Numbered from the stretch's first letter, positions 1-16,246 are shown. The stretch is 64,000 nucleotides of DNA from Octopus vulgaris (GCA_951406725.2 OX597821.1:52452001-52516000); one strand, 5' to 3'. The notes: a model not told the origin generated them from the letters alone. Made by a program: numbers and translations.

Positions 1-2360
1 GTTTGTCTAGGAAATAATTTATTCATAATTGCTGGCCAGTTTGGATTACATTTCAAATTTAATGAAAATATCATGTACCCCACATTAATGTACTATAACC
101 ATCGCCTTTTGATAGCGTACTTGCATGTTTGTATAATAACTTTTACAACATCAAGCTGAATTGCAATAAATTACTATTATCAATCTTTGATGTTTTTCGA
201 TAAAATTCAGGTTGCTAGTTTTAAATTCTAGGTCGGAGTTACTGTACGTTACTCGACGTTTCCAAACCGACATGAAGAATTGGGTCGAAATCGTTATATT
301 ACTGCTGTGAGTAAAACTTTACGCTGTCATGTTGGGTTATATCTTCTATGAATATATGGTTTATTGTGAATATTTCCATCCTTTATCGGTTGCCATACAG
401 ATTCACCGACAAGAAAAAATAAAGCATATGTCACCAAGCGCAAAATGGTTAGATCGGCGGTAAATCTCTATTTTGAATAAACCCGTAAATTTTATTTGAA
501 TTCTGGCCTTCTAACTGATTTGCTAAAAAAACATGGAAATTTCACTTCGCTTTTGGCGCAATGACTCTCCCTAGACACAATAAAAAAACAGAAATTCCAT
601 TCACAGTTGGCAAACTATATCTCCTGTCTACATTGCATTGAGATCTCTGTTAAAAACATTTCTACTGGAAAAGGACTTAACGTTTGGTGCTCATGTTCTT
701 TCAGTTTCATTAATGCGAGTTACTGCATAAGAAATTGGTTTTACATGTATTTCTACCCAATGTCACTACTATTTTAATTACACCCATTTTATTTCAGTTA
801 TTCATTGCTCTTGCTTCAAGAAGTTCTGGAGAAAGAACGAAGTAACGGAATATCTTTGTTGACCATCATATGCACCCTTAGGTTGCGTATGAAATATTCC
901 ATGGTACACTTGTCCATGAATTCTGGAGTAATATAAACCACTTTCTGGAGGCTCGGCCAAGTGTTCACCTATCAATGCAACGGAAAATGAAGAGTTATAC
1001 AATCCGATATTTCTTTCAAATGGGTGTTGGGGCCTCGCATTTCTAGATCTCTGGAAATTCTGTTTGAACAGAAGGAAGTAATTGTCCTCCATGACAGCAG
1101 TAATTGTAGTAGCCATCATATACAAAATGTCAGGCTGTGTTAAATTGACACAGAATATCCATATCTCCACAATAATATTATTTAAAATTTTCTTCATTGT
1201 ATATTGAATTATATACTCTTTCTGTATCATGTTCTTGATTTGAAGTGGATCACTCTGCGCTCTGCATCAATATGCGTTCTGTTGTCACATTGGTTTTCAT
1301 GCTCACGATTTATTTGTTCGTATTATCTGTGTCTCATTACATCGCTGCTCGAGTTTGGCTGTTTTTCGCTTTTACTTAGGCATCTGAGAGCTACTCTGTC
1401 TCTGACTCAAGTTTTTCTTCTTCCTTTTCTTGCTAATTCGATTCATTTAACTGACGCTCACGAACTGCTTTCCGTTTAGCTTCTAATTGTTCGTGACTGA
1501 AATTAGATCTTAGTTTTCTCTGTTTGTCTGTAGCTAATCTTCTTTTTTCAAGTACTGATTCCATGTGACGACAATTGGTCAGCATAGAGTGTATATAGGT
1601 GCATACACAATATCGAAGCATGTGAACAATCAAAAGCACTTTTTTAGAAAATATTATCTTCCATGCAATACATACACAAATACAGACAAAAACGCTCGCG
1701 CGCACACACACGTATTCATCGGCACACAAATATTTGAACTTAAATATGTGAAATAATGAAGTAGTTTCTTCTGTTCGAAACTTTTTCTTCTAAAAGATCA
1801 GGAACGTGTTTTGATATTAGTTCGAATGGCGTCTGCTCGTTACCTTTAAAGACGTAAAAACTACTTCAAAAAATGTTCATAATTTTTGCAGCTTTTATGC
1901 TAATTTTTTTATTAAATTATTTTCCAAATATCTAGAAATAAATAAGTGAACAGAGGAAAAGAAAGAAAAAAGAGTAAAATCTGATACTATAAACTGTTAC
2001 TATATCAATTTTTTCTCTATATATCATTCACACTTTCACAAGATACATCGCCTATATCTGTGGTTGTTTGTGTATGTGTGCAGGTATGTGTGTGCGCGCG
2101 CGCGTGTATTAAGTTTCATCACGATTTAGCGTACTTGGTTTTCGATTCTTGATTTGTTTTTCGTTTGAAAATTTATCTCATAAATTTTAAGACAAATTTT
2201 TTCAGCATGATTTTATAAAAAATACCAACAGTACATGACGTCCAAGAAATTCCCTAATGCCACACCACAAATCACTCTGTAACTTGTATCACCCCTTGGC
2301 ATCATTATGTCGAACACCATTGTCGTTCTTTCTGTCTATCTATCTATCTATATATCTATA
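1..2360 (-). mobile_element. Old, degenerate Helitron (Rep-domain remnants), running off the left edge
   Basis: Minus-strand translations give broken Helitron motifs: ERNIGLYNSSFSVALIGEHLAEPPESGLYYSRIHGQVYH (802-1230 ORF), LVTYALFFLVGESVWQP (~390-445; cf. PMTYPLLFPxGExGW) and NMQVRYQKAMVIVH*CGVHDIFI..CNPNWPAI..LFPRQ (1-135; cf. RxMxxxYQDAM..GKPDLFITFTCNPxW). A basic coiled N-terminus lies at 1433-1565. It has stops and frameshifts, and the 5' boundary is approximate. Confidence 0.8.
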
Positions 2361-2377
2361 GGGATATATATATATAT

Positions 2378-2662
2378 ATCGGTCTCTTTTGCCGAACCGC
2401 TAGGTGACGGGGACGTAAACACACCAGCATCGGTTGTCAAGCAATGCTAGGGGGACAAACACAGACATACCCACACACACATATATATATATAGATATAT
2501 ACGACAGGCTTCTTTCAGTTTCCGTCTACCAAATCCACTCACAAGGTATTGGTCTGCCCGGGGCTATAGCTGAAGACACTTGCCCAAGATGCCACGCAGT
2601 GGGACTGAACCCGGAAGCATGTGGTTGGTTAGCAAGCTACTTACCACACAGCCACTCCTGCG

Positions 2663-2664
<2 letters not shown>
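2378..2664 (-). mobile_element. tRNA-derived SINE, family A (3'-truncated copy)
   Basis: Closely matches the copy at 26325-26716 and the partial copies at 31420-31595 and 63632-63770. The minus strand has a tRNA-like head (GTGGCTGTGTGGTAAG...GGGTTCAGTCCC, A/B-box-like). Confidence 0.85.
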
Positions 2665-2714
<50 letters not shown>

Positions 2715-2743
2715 TACACACACACATATATATATATATATAG

Positions 2744-3330
2744 ATAATTAAAAGGGCGGGCAACAGGCTGCTTCGCCGCACATCGAAGGAATTAGAAATG
2801 GCAGTCAAAGACTGTTTTTTCCATTTTCTGGCGCGCATAGCAGAATTTTGGAGGGAAAATTTACGATTCCAGTCATTACTTAGTTTTAACATCTGCACAG
2901 CTTCCCCCACTATCTGATGGCGCTTGGTCAGAGGTGAAGGGTTGTGGCATTTGGTAAATCTATCGAATATGATGTTGACAAAGGAAATCAAGTAATTTCT
3001 AGCTTGTGATCTAGAAACATGTTCATCATTAACGGTAAGAGATTGTTTTCGTTTATTTGCTACTCCGATTTTGCGTATGTGAATCGCAGGGTTTGTCGTA
3101 TATGGAACCTCCACTTATAGAAAATGGAAAAAACAGTCTTTGACTGCCATTTCTAATTCCTTCGGTATGCGGCGAAGCAGCCTGTTTCCCGCCCTTTTAA
3201 TTATTTTTACTATATACTGAACTTTACAGAAGTTCCTGACGCTGAAATCGTCATATTTACATACCGAAATTTACCGGTAAATAATTGTTGGTTGTATGAA
3301 AAACCACTGAAAAATTATTTACCATTTTTA
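2744..3330. mobile_element. Fold-back non-coding element with 86-bp inverted arms, embedded in (TA)n
   Basis: 2744-2829 is the near-perfect reverse complement of 3119-3204. The right arm continues about 125 bp further to the next TA tract. Confidence 0.75.
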
Positions 3331-3576
3331 TTGTATATATATAGATAGATAGATAGATGTGTACATCATTCATGCACACACGCACATACAGATATACATA
3401 TGAAATGAGTAAAATCTTAATAGAAAATGTGCTGTTTTCTTTTGTTAAAAATATACCTGGTGCTTGAAATAGTTAAGCTCCCCCGTACAGATCACCGTCA
3501 TTTGTATCTCTCACTCTTATTCTCACACCATTTGTCATTTTAGTTTCCATCTGCAAGCATGATTACTATTACGCTT

Positions 3577-3704
<128 letters not shown>

Positions 3705-3724
3705 GACGTTGCAATGTCTTGTCT

Positions 3725-6700
3725 TCACTGGAATATATATACGATGTTCCTAGCTGTCCGTTTGGGCGAAAACATGAAAACATCATTGCGCCTCCCAACG
3801 CGTGAACAGCCCACGTAGAGTTGACCGTGGGCGAAGCACTGTTCGCCCAAATGTAACCCAGCGACTTGTAGCGTTTGGCCTTGGGATTTATTGATGGACA
3901 TTGCGAAGCAGAGTTTAACAGGAAACTGAGAACGCCTGAAGTGGATTGGTAGGTCAGCGCCCGACGGTTGAAGGTGCATCCGTGGAATGAAGACGTCCTC
4001 TCCCTTCCCACAACCGATAAGTATTGTGGCCGTTATTAAATGTGGTGCCAAATGTTTCACAACCAAACGTGTGCCGTTGCACTGTTTAGGTGGAACCAAA
4101 TTCCTGATGAGCATAATGGGCGCACCGACTTTTAACTTCAGGATGTGTGGTGGCAGGCCTGGCGGTTCAAGTGAATTCAGGAATTCAACAGGATAATCGG
4201 CAAGCTGGGCGGGGTCTGCTGTCCTATCTATAGATTTGTAGACGTGGACATCACCAGGAATAGCTTCAAGTAGCTGGATATTGATGGAGTTGACGGTTGT
4301 ATTTTTGGGTGCGAGAATAGCTCTGCCTGCCAGCCATTTTAGGTCGCGTAAATTGTTTTGTAGGTCGTGGAAGACAGCGTCCCGGAGGCTAGCAGGGGTG
4401 TCGACAATGGTGCAAAGTGAGTCCAATTGAACGTAGCCATCCGCATCAGACAGCATCCTATTTTCACTGAGCGATAAGAGGTCCCTGGAGAATGCAGCGG
4501 ATCCGCTGTCACCAATTAACTGCGCGCGCATGTTAGTTTGGAGGTGCAAGGGCCGCACATGTGCCCAAAGAGCTGACGACTTAAGGCACGCGCGCACGGC
4601 ATCGGCACGGGTTCCTTTTGGAATAACAGGTAGAGTCTGCCTGAAGTCTCCTGAAAGAAGTAAAGTTAATCCTCCCATGGGGGCCGTAGAGTCTCTGATG
4701 TCTTGCAGGGACCTGTCCAGTGCCTCAAGGGCGCCTTTGTGTGCCATAGTGCACTCGTCCCATACGATGAGTTTGCATCTGCGCAGAATATCGGCCTGTT
4801 CTGAGTTCTTGGCGATGTTGCAGATAGGTGACTCGGACTTTGCCAGATCGAGCGGGAGTCTGAAGGCAGAGTGGGCGGTTCTGCCACCCGGAAGCAACGT
4901 GGCCGCGATACCAGAGGAAGCTACAGCCAGGGCAATGTCCGTGTTGCGTCTGACCTCTGCCAGAATTAGTTTAGTGACGAAGGTTTTGCCAGTGCCGCCG
5001 GGTGCATCAAGGAAGAAAATCCCCCCACGTTGCTGTCTGACAGAGTCTACGATGGTGTTGTAGGCTATGCGCTGGTCTGGAAGCAGCCGTGGTTCATTAT
5101 CTTGGACGTACTGGTGCAGTTCCTCAATGCAGTAGGAAGTTTCGCGTAACAATTCAGCAGACATAACATTGGCGTGTTCACGTGTGGGTGGTGGAAGGCC
5201 GTACTCTGTTAAAGCAGACCCACCCATATCGATGACAGCGTCTTCGAGTTGAATGAGCGCGAAATTGTAAATGAAGTTGGTGAACGTGATCTCGGCGGAA
5301 GGGCAGTGTTGCTGAGCCGTACGTAAGAAGTCGTGCGACATGTCATCCCTGTATTTCATCCAGAGACTTAGTGGATCACTAAGCTGACATTTTTGAAGAA
5401 GGATTGCGAAAAGATGTCGTAGGGCCGAATGCGTTTGCAGTAAAGCACCCTCTGCCATCGTGGCGACCCACTGGGAGTCATCCTCTAGAAGGCCAAGTCT
5501 CATACATGCTTCCCTGAAGGTGTCGCACAGAACCCCATTGACGGTACGTATATTGGCGAAACCTGTTGGACCAGTGACCTCATGTAGAAGGAGACGGAGG
5601 TAGAAGCATTCTTGCTGGTTTGGCGGGATGTTGTAAACTCGACCCAGGCAGGAGTCAAACTTGACGCCTGGGAAGCTTTCGACGTTTTTGCCGGATTTCC
5701 GTCGAACCCAGGTGTTTTTAGACCACACGAAGTACGATGGGACCTGTGGGTACAAAAGCGTTCGAGCGAAGTCATCACGTTGGCATAATTTGAAGAAACC
5801 AGTCAACGTTGTGTCTTTAGGGCTGGTGGCTATCTGCACAGCACTTTGCTCTGTGAAGTAAATCCGCTGTCCATTTTCCAAGTGTACAGCAAGCTGCACC
5901 ACAGCCGGGTGTCTCTGATGGAGCGGGAAGCCGTAAATGCGCCAAAACGCTTCGTTGCTGCTGAGGTACCGGCCAGCCAAGTAGTTGGACACTTCGTCGC
6001 GACTGGTGGTCCTCTGGATGCTGAACATGGCAGCATCGCTGCCTTTGTTGATATATTTGCCAGACATATTGTATTGACCTGATGGAGCTGCAGAACTCAA
6101 CGTTGACGTGGGCTTTGAATATCTTCGACAGGAGAGGACAGTAGGGGACAATGTAGCTGTTGTCCACTTGATGTCGCCCAACCGTAATCGTGCGGCCTCC
6201 ATTGGCTGGACTCCTTCGTTTGTACAGCGGATACCCATCGCCGCCTGTTTGAGTCTCCAAAGTGAACCGTTTAGGGAATCCCTTTGAGCAGGCTAATCCG
6301 TTTTTGTAGCATGGTGTGTTGGCGTAATTTGGTCCACAGGGCCCGTGTACCATGGTAGTGCGGACAATTTCGTAGAGTCCGGGGTCCTCATCGGGGTCAG
6401 GAATCTCGGCAGAAATGAATTTGTCAATGTCATTAGTCTCGATTTTATGAGTGAGCCAAATTAAGATGTGAGCATGTGGCAAGCCCCTCTTTTGCCACTC
6501 GACCGAAAACATGTGGCACCTGACATGCCCGAAAATCTGACCCTTAACTATCAAATCCTTCATTTTGCCCAAATTCAGACGGAAAACCCTAGCAACGATG
6601 TCGTGTCGATGGGTGTGAGATTGACCCGGGAGGAGTTCGCGAGTGATTTCGTCGCAGCTGGGATTGCACGTGTAGGTGATAAAGAGGTCCGGCCGGCCGT

Positions 6701-8591
6701 AAATGCGCACGTAGGTCAAGGCGTCTTGGGTCCTTTCACGCATATATCGCGGTCCTCCCGTGAAGGTGGAGGGTAGAATGCATGGCTTGCCGATGTTGCG
6801 AGGGTCATTTTCTTGTTGCAAACCGTCACGGAGATGAATGTAGGAGTCGGAGCGAAGTTTGGTCTGATTAAGTTTAATGTATAGCAGCCTTTCCGATTCC
6901 ATTCTTGCGGCCATGTCGACGGCGAACTGGTTGAATAGCTGACGACAACGGGGCAATAAGTTGAACTCACCCTCCCTGACCATGAACCGGTATGAGTAGA
7001 ACGCCCTGCAGGAAACCGTCTTTGATGCCGCAGTAGTTTGATTGGAGGGCTGCCTTAAAGGAATTCCGAAGTGGTAGCCGTCTTCCCCATAAGGGAAAAG
7101 CAATGGATACTGAAGCGCGTCATAAGATCTGTGAGTCTCGCTGATCCTGTGTAGGTTGTTACCACGGGAGGAGATGATTATGTCACGGCTGTTGTGTTGC
7201 TCTCCGTGTATAACTGCGGCAATTTCGTTGCACGCAGGTGCGTTGAAACGGCGTTCGTGCTCCCCGTGGGGTCGTTTATCAGCATCAATGACAACGGTGA
7301 AGTTTGGAGATGGAGCACTGTCCAAGGCATATCTGAAGCTGCAGACGTAGCTGTTGATATCATGAAGCATGGTTTGGAGACGGAGAAGAATGTCTTTGCG
7401 GGGAACATAGCTTGTACCCGGTATTATTCGAAGGCGTGCATCAACCTGGTGGTTGTAGTCGGCAATGAAGTATATTTGGAGGAAAGAAGACTGCTGAATC
7501 TCGTCTGGCAGAAGTGACCCAATAAGATGGTAGACCTGTCCCTGCACTTTGAAAGTAGGCATCCAGCCTTCTCTGGGAGGAATTTTGGCCCCGAAAGAGG
7601 TCATTTGGAATGAGCAGTTGTACTTTCGAATTATTTCAAGGAATTGTGACGAATCGGGGGTTAAACCCGCCGCGAGATCCTTCAGTGGTTGAGGTGGTTC
7701 CCGTAGGGGTGGCAGGTCCACTTTGCCACCAGAGCAGCACAAACCAGGTGGCTCTCCGGGCCATTTCTTGGCTTTGCAAAACTGGCATACAATTGTCATT
7801 GACCCTATCTTGATGTCGTCACGCAAGGAGAAGTTAATTGTGGCGTCGTAGTTGAATGCTAGTGACAACCAGAAAGCGGGGGCAGGGGTACGTACACCAC
7901 GAATGATATCCCGACGTTTGTTGATACTCTCAAGTCGAGTGCACCGTGCCTCAGCAGATTCAGATGCACGTGCGACAGCGGTAGCAGTGGCATCCCTTGA
8001 AAGCCTTTCAGCTCTCGCCTCAGCACCCTCTGAAGCCCTAGCAGAAGCAGTGTTAATGGCATGTCTGGATGTCCGAATAGTCCGTTGGTGTGGAGTTTCG
8101 GCAGATCGAGCCCTGGCTGTGTTTGCGGCGTTAGCAGCTTGGCGAGCTCTCCTCTGTTGAGGTGTTTCGGCAGCTTTGGCCATGGCTTTGTTTGCGGCGT
8201 CAGCATCTTGGCGAGTTCTCCTCTGCTGTGAGGTTTCGACAGATCGTGTCCTGGCAGTGCTAGTGGCGTTAGCCGCATTCCGAATGGCCCTTTGTTCGGG
8301 GTTCTCGCGAGCTCTGCGGATGGAAGCACAGTAAGAAGCCCGCATGTTTTGGCTGGACTGTTGCTCTTTCGTCAACCTCGAGCGGAGGGAAGATCTGTAC
8401 GCTGCGACCCTTGCAAGTCGGGTAGAACGGTCGCTAGTAGTTTCAGATGCCTGAGCAGCGGCATAACGGGAAGCTGTTTGCGAGAGGCGCAAGGCGGTTT
8501 CCTCGTGGGTCTCGCGTGCCCTTCTAGCCCTAGCAGCCGATGCCTTGGCCGTCCGAGGGCTGAGGAGGGTCCTTCTCTTCTTGGGTGGCAT
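3725..8591 (-). pseudogene. Helitron RepHel transposase (Zn finger, HUH/Y2 Rep, PIF1-like SF1B helicase), split by one +1 frameshift at 6060-6061
   Basis: Likely start MPPKKRR at 8591 (aaaATG context, NLS-like). Motifs: [86 protein letters not shown]. Removing one base from GTC TG[G]C AAA restores YVCKYINKGSD and fuses the two ORFs into about 1621 aa. Confidence 0.95.
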
Positions 8592-8711
8592 TTTGGTGGA
8601 TAGCAATGTGTTTGGCAAAGGTGTAATAAAAAGGAACACGTGGGGTAAGTATTTTGGTGGATAGCAATGTGTTTGGTAAAGGTGTAATAAAAAGGAGCTC
8701 GTGGGGTAAGT
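8590..8711. repeat. 2 x 61-bp tandem repeat in the Helitron 5' UTR, abutting the start codon
   Basis: attttggtggatagcaatgtgtttgg...gtggggtaagt at 8590-8650 and 8651-8711, with a few mismatches. Confidence 0.9.
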
Positions 8712-9740
8712 ATCCGAAAATGTATAAAAATGTACAAAAACGGCCAAAAAGCTGGCAGCAATGTGAGTGACAACAACGAAAAAGTCAAAAGTGATCAAAC
8801 TGAACAAACGAAAGGAAAAGTTTTTTGATGCACACGACAAAAGTGGTTTATAATAAACCAAGAGTTTGCAAGTAGCGTCCGAGGACCGTTAGGGTACGTC
8901 AAAAATTGAAGGTAAAACGTTTGGGGTGGTAGTTATAAAGAAAGTTTAAACCAAAAAAGTATTCGAATAACTTGCGGCTGCAGCAGCTATTAGCAGAAGT
9001 GGCGGTGTTGGGGGTAAAGTCTCGAATGTAATTTCTTCCTGGTAGGAATTGGTTGGATCGAATTATCGATAGCTAAAAAGGTCAAGTTGCGTCCCCTAGA
9101 CAGTCTGGTTTGTGTTTAATACACAAATTTGTTTGCTATGTGTGCCACATATGATTAAATTAACCGATTTTTACCAATAATGTATCCTATTGGAATAAAA
9201 AGGGCTATATAGCTCCTTGGAGCAGACATGATACTCGTTGTGAAAAAAAAAAGATTCCTGCCAATTTGTGAAAGATATTGTCGAAAATATGTCATCTTGA
9301 ATTTGAACGCGATTTCCCAAAATGGCATGATTTTATCGATTGTTTCTGATGGTAAGGTATTGCATGGAAAACTAACGTCAGAATTGAGTTTCTTAGGGTA
9401 ACATTAAGCTTCACCATGAGTTTGGTGAAAATCGATTGCAAGTTGTGAAAACTACCATAGATAATGCGTTGCATAAAAAAAGCTTAGATTCTCGAGTTGC
9501 GTCCCCTAGACAGTCTGTGGTTCATGTTTATGATTCTCGACCCCATGTCGAATTTATCAATTTTTTTCAGAACTGGGGGAACTTTTCAAAATTTTCGCTG
9601 CGTTAGTTTTGAATTATGACATTGGGCTATGTGTGTGTCAAGTTTCATCAGAATCGGTTGAAAGCCGTGGTCAGGGTGAGGGTACGAGAAAACAGACACA
9701 CAGAAGCACGCACAGACAAACTGCCGTTTATATATATAGA

Positions 9741-10074
<334 letters not shown>

Positions 10075-10546
10075 CTGATGGCTGAAAACTCATACGAAGG
10101 TTATGACCAACGATTTATGTGATAGGTCTTAATTTTTTTCAAGCGATGCCTGTGCATCTGTATCCAATCACACTAATGAACAAGGACAACATAAGCTCGA
10201 AAAGAACTACTCTACATCGACGAATATTGCTAGTGTCGCAAGTTTTCTCTCAGAGATTCCCTCTCCTAGGGAGATGTGAGGACAGCAGTTGGGTCTCCCA
10301 CTCCCAGTGGGTCAAACGTGCAAATGGACACCAACATAGTTATTTCCACGTACCCGCGCATACATACATGCATACATACACATGCACACATATACTTGGA
10401 TGGGCATTGACTCGCCAATGAGGGCTTTCACCCTTTGACTGGATTTACTTTTCGGCCTTCAGAATGTCCAACACATACCCGCTGTACCAAGCAAGCTTAA
10501 TGGGATTGCCGATTTAGTAATCGACGACCCAAAATGTAACAGAATG

Positions 10547-10547
<1 letters not shown>
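10075..10547. mobile_element. Unclassified interspersed repeat (second copy inverted at ~35190-35555)
   Basis: ggacaacataagctcgaaaagaactactctacatcgacgaatattg...gtgtcgcaag at ~10180-10245 is the reverse complement of ~35335-35400. Confidence 0.65.
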
Positions 10548-10605
<58 letters not shown>

Positions 10606-10675
10606 CGCATGTATGTTTCTCTCTCTCTATATGTATATATATATATATATATGCGTATATGCATATATGTATGTG

Positions 10676-10758
<83 letters not shown>

Positions 10759-10817
10759 ACGGAGATGTACATGCATAGCAAGTGACCTGATCTGAGATCG
10801 TGTGCTCGAACGAAAAC

Positions 10818-11082
10818 AATTGCAGCGTGGAAGGTTTTTTATAAGCCATTTAAGAAACACACAAAAACCGTTAGATTCACTTCAACATTTAAATTTAATT
10901 TGTCAAAATATTTTCGTCGCTTTCCGACAAAAATTCCCAGATGCAGCACGGAATTTTGGCAGTGAACAGGTCGCGGTTTCAAAGCGACGAAAATATTTTG
11001 CCAAATTAAATTTGAATGTTGAAGAGAATTTAACGGTTTTTGTGTGTTTCTTAAATGGCTTATAAACACCTTCCACGCTGCA

Positions 11083-11087
<5 letters not shown>
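10818..11087. mobile_element. Fold-back element (PLE pLTR-like) carrying a hammerhead
   Basis: 10818-10937 is an inverted copy of 10950-11087 around a 12-bp centre. The left arm lacks about 18 nt. The element ends in (TA)n. Confidence 0.8.
10955..11005 (+). ncRNA. Type I hammerhead ribozyme, G3-C8 core variant
   Basis: UUUGGCA [GUGAACA] G GUCGC-loop-GCGAC [GAAA] AUAU [UU] UGCCAAA: 7-bp stem I, 5-bp stem II, palindromic stem III. Confidence 0.72.
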
Positions 11088-11150
<63 letters not shown>

Positions 11151-11152
<2 letters not shown>

Positions 11153-11990
11153 CGGGGTGCGATGGATAAGTTGTCGCCATTTCATAATTTTGATTTTCAC
11201 GCATATGCATAAATTATTTTTGATTCTGTCGACTACACAGTATATTAGGGTCAGTTGGACACCATCTATGAGAAAAAGAGTAACATGACGCAATTAACTT
11301 TGCCAGAAATTTGGAAACGACATGCCGTGCTGTTTAGTATTAGCACCAGTAATTCCAATAAGAACATTTCTGAGTGTTTGCGTGTCAACCTGAGCACAAT
11401 GCAATCTGAGGACATGTAAAGAAAGTGATAAAAATCAAACATTCAGCCAACAGTATATGTTTCGAGTGATCACTAGTGATGGCAACGTTATGCCTCCATT
11501 TTTCTTCCCTGATACTCAACACATAGACCCACACCAAGTGCCTATAGAAGTTAGTGAAAAAGGTTGCTGCTCGAACACCCTGTGTCTGGCAACAGCATTC
11601 TGCACCAAGCCACACAAGCAGGATAGCCCACTCAAGGTTTTTAATTTCTGCGACCACATCACCCCTAACATCCGGCTACCTAACGCCTTAGACTTCAAAC
11701 CCATTGATTATTACGTGAGGGACTCTGTTGAACGAAAGACCAACAAAACTCCTTGTAACACCAAAGACGAACTGAAGGCAAGGAGTATGGCTGCATTCAC
11801 CAACTTAGACAAGGAGACCTGTTAGAAGAGTTGCAGAAGATTCTGAAGTTGTCTGGAGGCCGTGCTTGAAGCCAATGACGATTTTATTGAATAAATTTAC
11901 TCTTTAGTATTTCTAAGTATTTTAATGTAATTTTGGCAAACATATTTGTTAAAATGAGATGTCAGAATTATTAAAAAGGAAATATAATTT
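11151..11990 (+). mobile_element. Degraded Tc1/mariner-superfamily DNA transposon (maT/DD37D-like)
   Basis: Begins TA|CGGGGTG. Remnant translation VITSDGNVMPPFFFP ... RLPNALDFKPIDYYVR (cf. WPPNSPDLNPLDYxVW) ... KTNKTPCNTKDELKAR. Internally deleted; right TIR not identified. Confidence 0.75.
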
Positions 11991-12014
11991 ATTGTTTTCT
12001 TTCTGATCCTTTTC

Positions 12015-12432
12015 TTCCTTCCCTTCTTTTTCTCAGATACAAACACACACACACACACGCTCTCTCTCACTTTCTCCCCATTCATCACCCTCTTGTACTA
12101 TCTTATATCCCTCCACACCACTACACACTCAATAACACTCTAAAATGGTCAAACCTTTTCCCTAAGATCTTAGACCCCCCCTTGGAGTAAACATCCTGAC
12201 CAACGACAAAAGAAAGCAGCAAAACAATTTTTTTTTCTTCCCTCTCTCCCTTTTCTTCCTTCCCTTCTTTTTCTCTAACACTATTTTCAGATATAAAAGC
12301 ACACGCACACACACACGCACACACACATGCTCTCTCTCTCACTTTCCCCCCTTCTTCACCCTCTTGTGCTATTCTCTATCCCTCCCCACCACTACACACT
12401 CAATAACACTATAAAATGGTCAAAATTTTTCC
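12015..12432. repeat. Diverged direct duplication, period about 271 bp
   Basis: ctacacactcaataacact.taaaatggtcaaa at 12121 and 12392, with similar upstream pyrimidine/CA tracts. Confidence 0.75.
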
Positions 12433-12590
12433 ACAGGCACTTACTTTCATTTGAAAAATCCACCAGAATGGACGAAAGCGCTAAATATGAAATATGATAT
12501 AAGTTATATGATGTATAAAAACATGTAATATACAAATAAATATCTGTAAATATAAAACCATCCGAATTTCTGTGTACCTCATTTCTTCTA

Positions 12591-12637
<47 letters not shown>

Positions 12638-13108
12638 GACGTATAGATATACATATATATATACACCATTTACAATTTGTCTGCCATTAGTTAACGTACA
12701 CAGTGCACAATATATCAGATATATATCGAGTAGAGTGTAATCCACTATTTATAATTTATGCACGTTGTTTTATAGATAGTAATTTATTTTACATACCGCA
12801 GTTGATTTTTAAAGGATAATAAATACTTATGTTAGTTTTAAAAACATTTATTTTAAGAACATTTATTGTTTATTTGAAGGAAAATTTGAAAGTACAAAAA
12901 TATAAATAAGAATTTTGGTCAGATTTTTCACATTTATTAAAGTCTACCGACAACCTTCCACCATTCGCTGATTTACCTATAGATTATTGTCATTAATCAT
13001 CAGTGCAATACCACTTAGACTGAACATCCCCCGCACAAACACACATATATACATTAGTTTGGTTTCCTCACGCATAAATACACACATACATACTGACACA
13101 CGTATATA

Positions 13109-13177
<69 letters not shown>

Positions 13178-13339
13178 CTATCATATAATTCATAGGGAAA
13201 CAGATACCGATAAATAAACTGTTACTCATTATTTATCTTTAGTCGCAGGAACTATATAGAATTTTGTTAAAATTTGGGTTCTTAAGCCATTCCTTTTTTA
13301 ATTGAAACATATATGAATGTTTTTTATGCTTTTGCCAGA

Positions 13340-16145
<2,806 letters not shown>

Positions 16146-16180
16146 AGAGAGAGATAGAGATAGATAGATAGATAGATAGT

Positions 16181-16246
<66 letters not shown>

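Larger units (their letters stand above)
3725..9740 (-). mobile_element. Young autonomous-type Helitron; 5' end intact, 3' terminus not visible
   Basis: The minus strand begins A|TCTATATATATAAACGGCAG at 9740 (canonical 5'-TC after A) and contains the full RepHel coding region. It is GC-rich relative to its flanks. No 3' hairpin + CTAG is seen before the TA tract at 3701. Confidence 0.93.

Noticed and set aside
3230-3290. CTGACGC...CGAAA-TTTACCGGTAAA-TA hammerhead-like remnant
   Set aside because: A9 is missing and stems I and II do not pair convincingly.
6062-6238. N-terminus of the 837-aa ORF and C-terminus of the 1014-aa ORF as two separate genes
   Set aside because: They are out-of-frame read-through either side of the single frameshift in one RepHel gene.
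8592-8861. First ~90 aa of the 1014-aa ORF
   Set aside because: Non-ATG start running through a tandem duplication; MPPKKRR at 8591 is the more plausible start.
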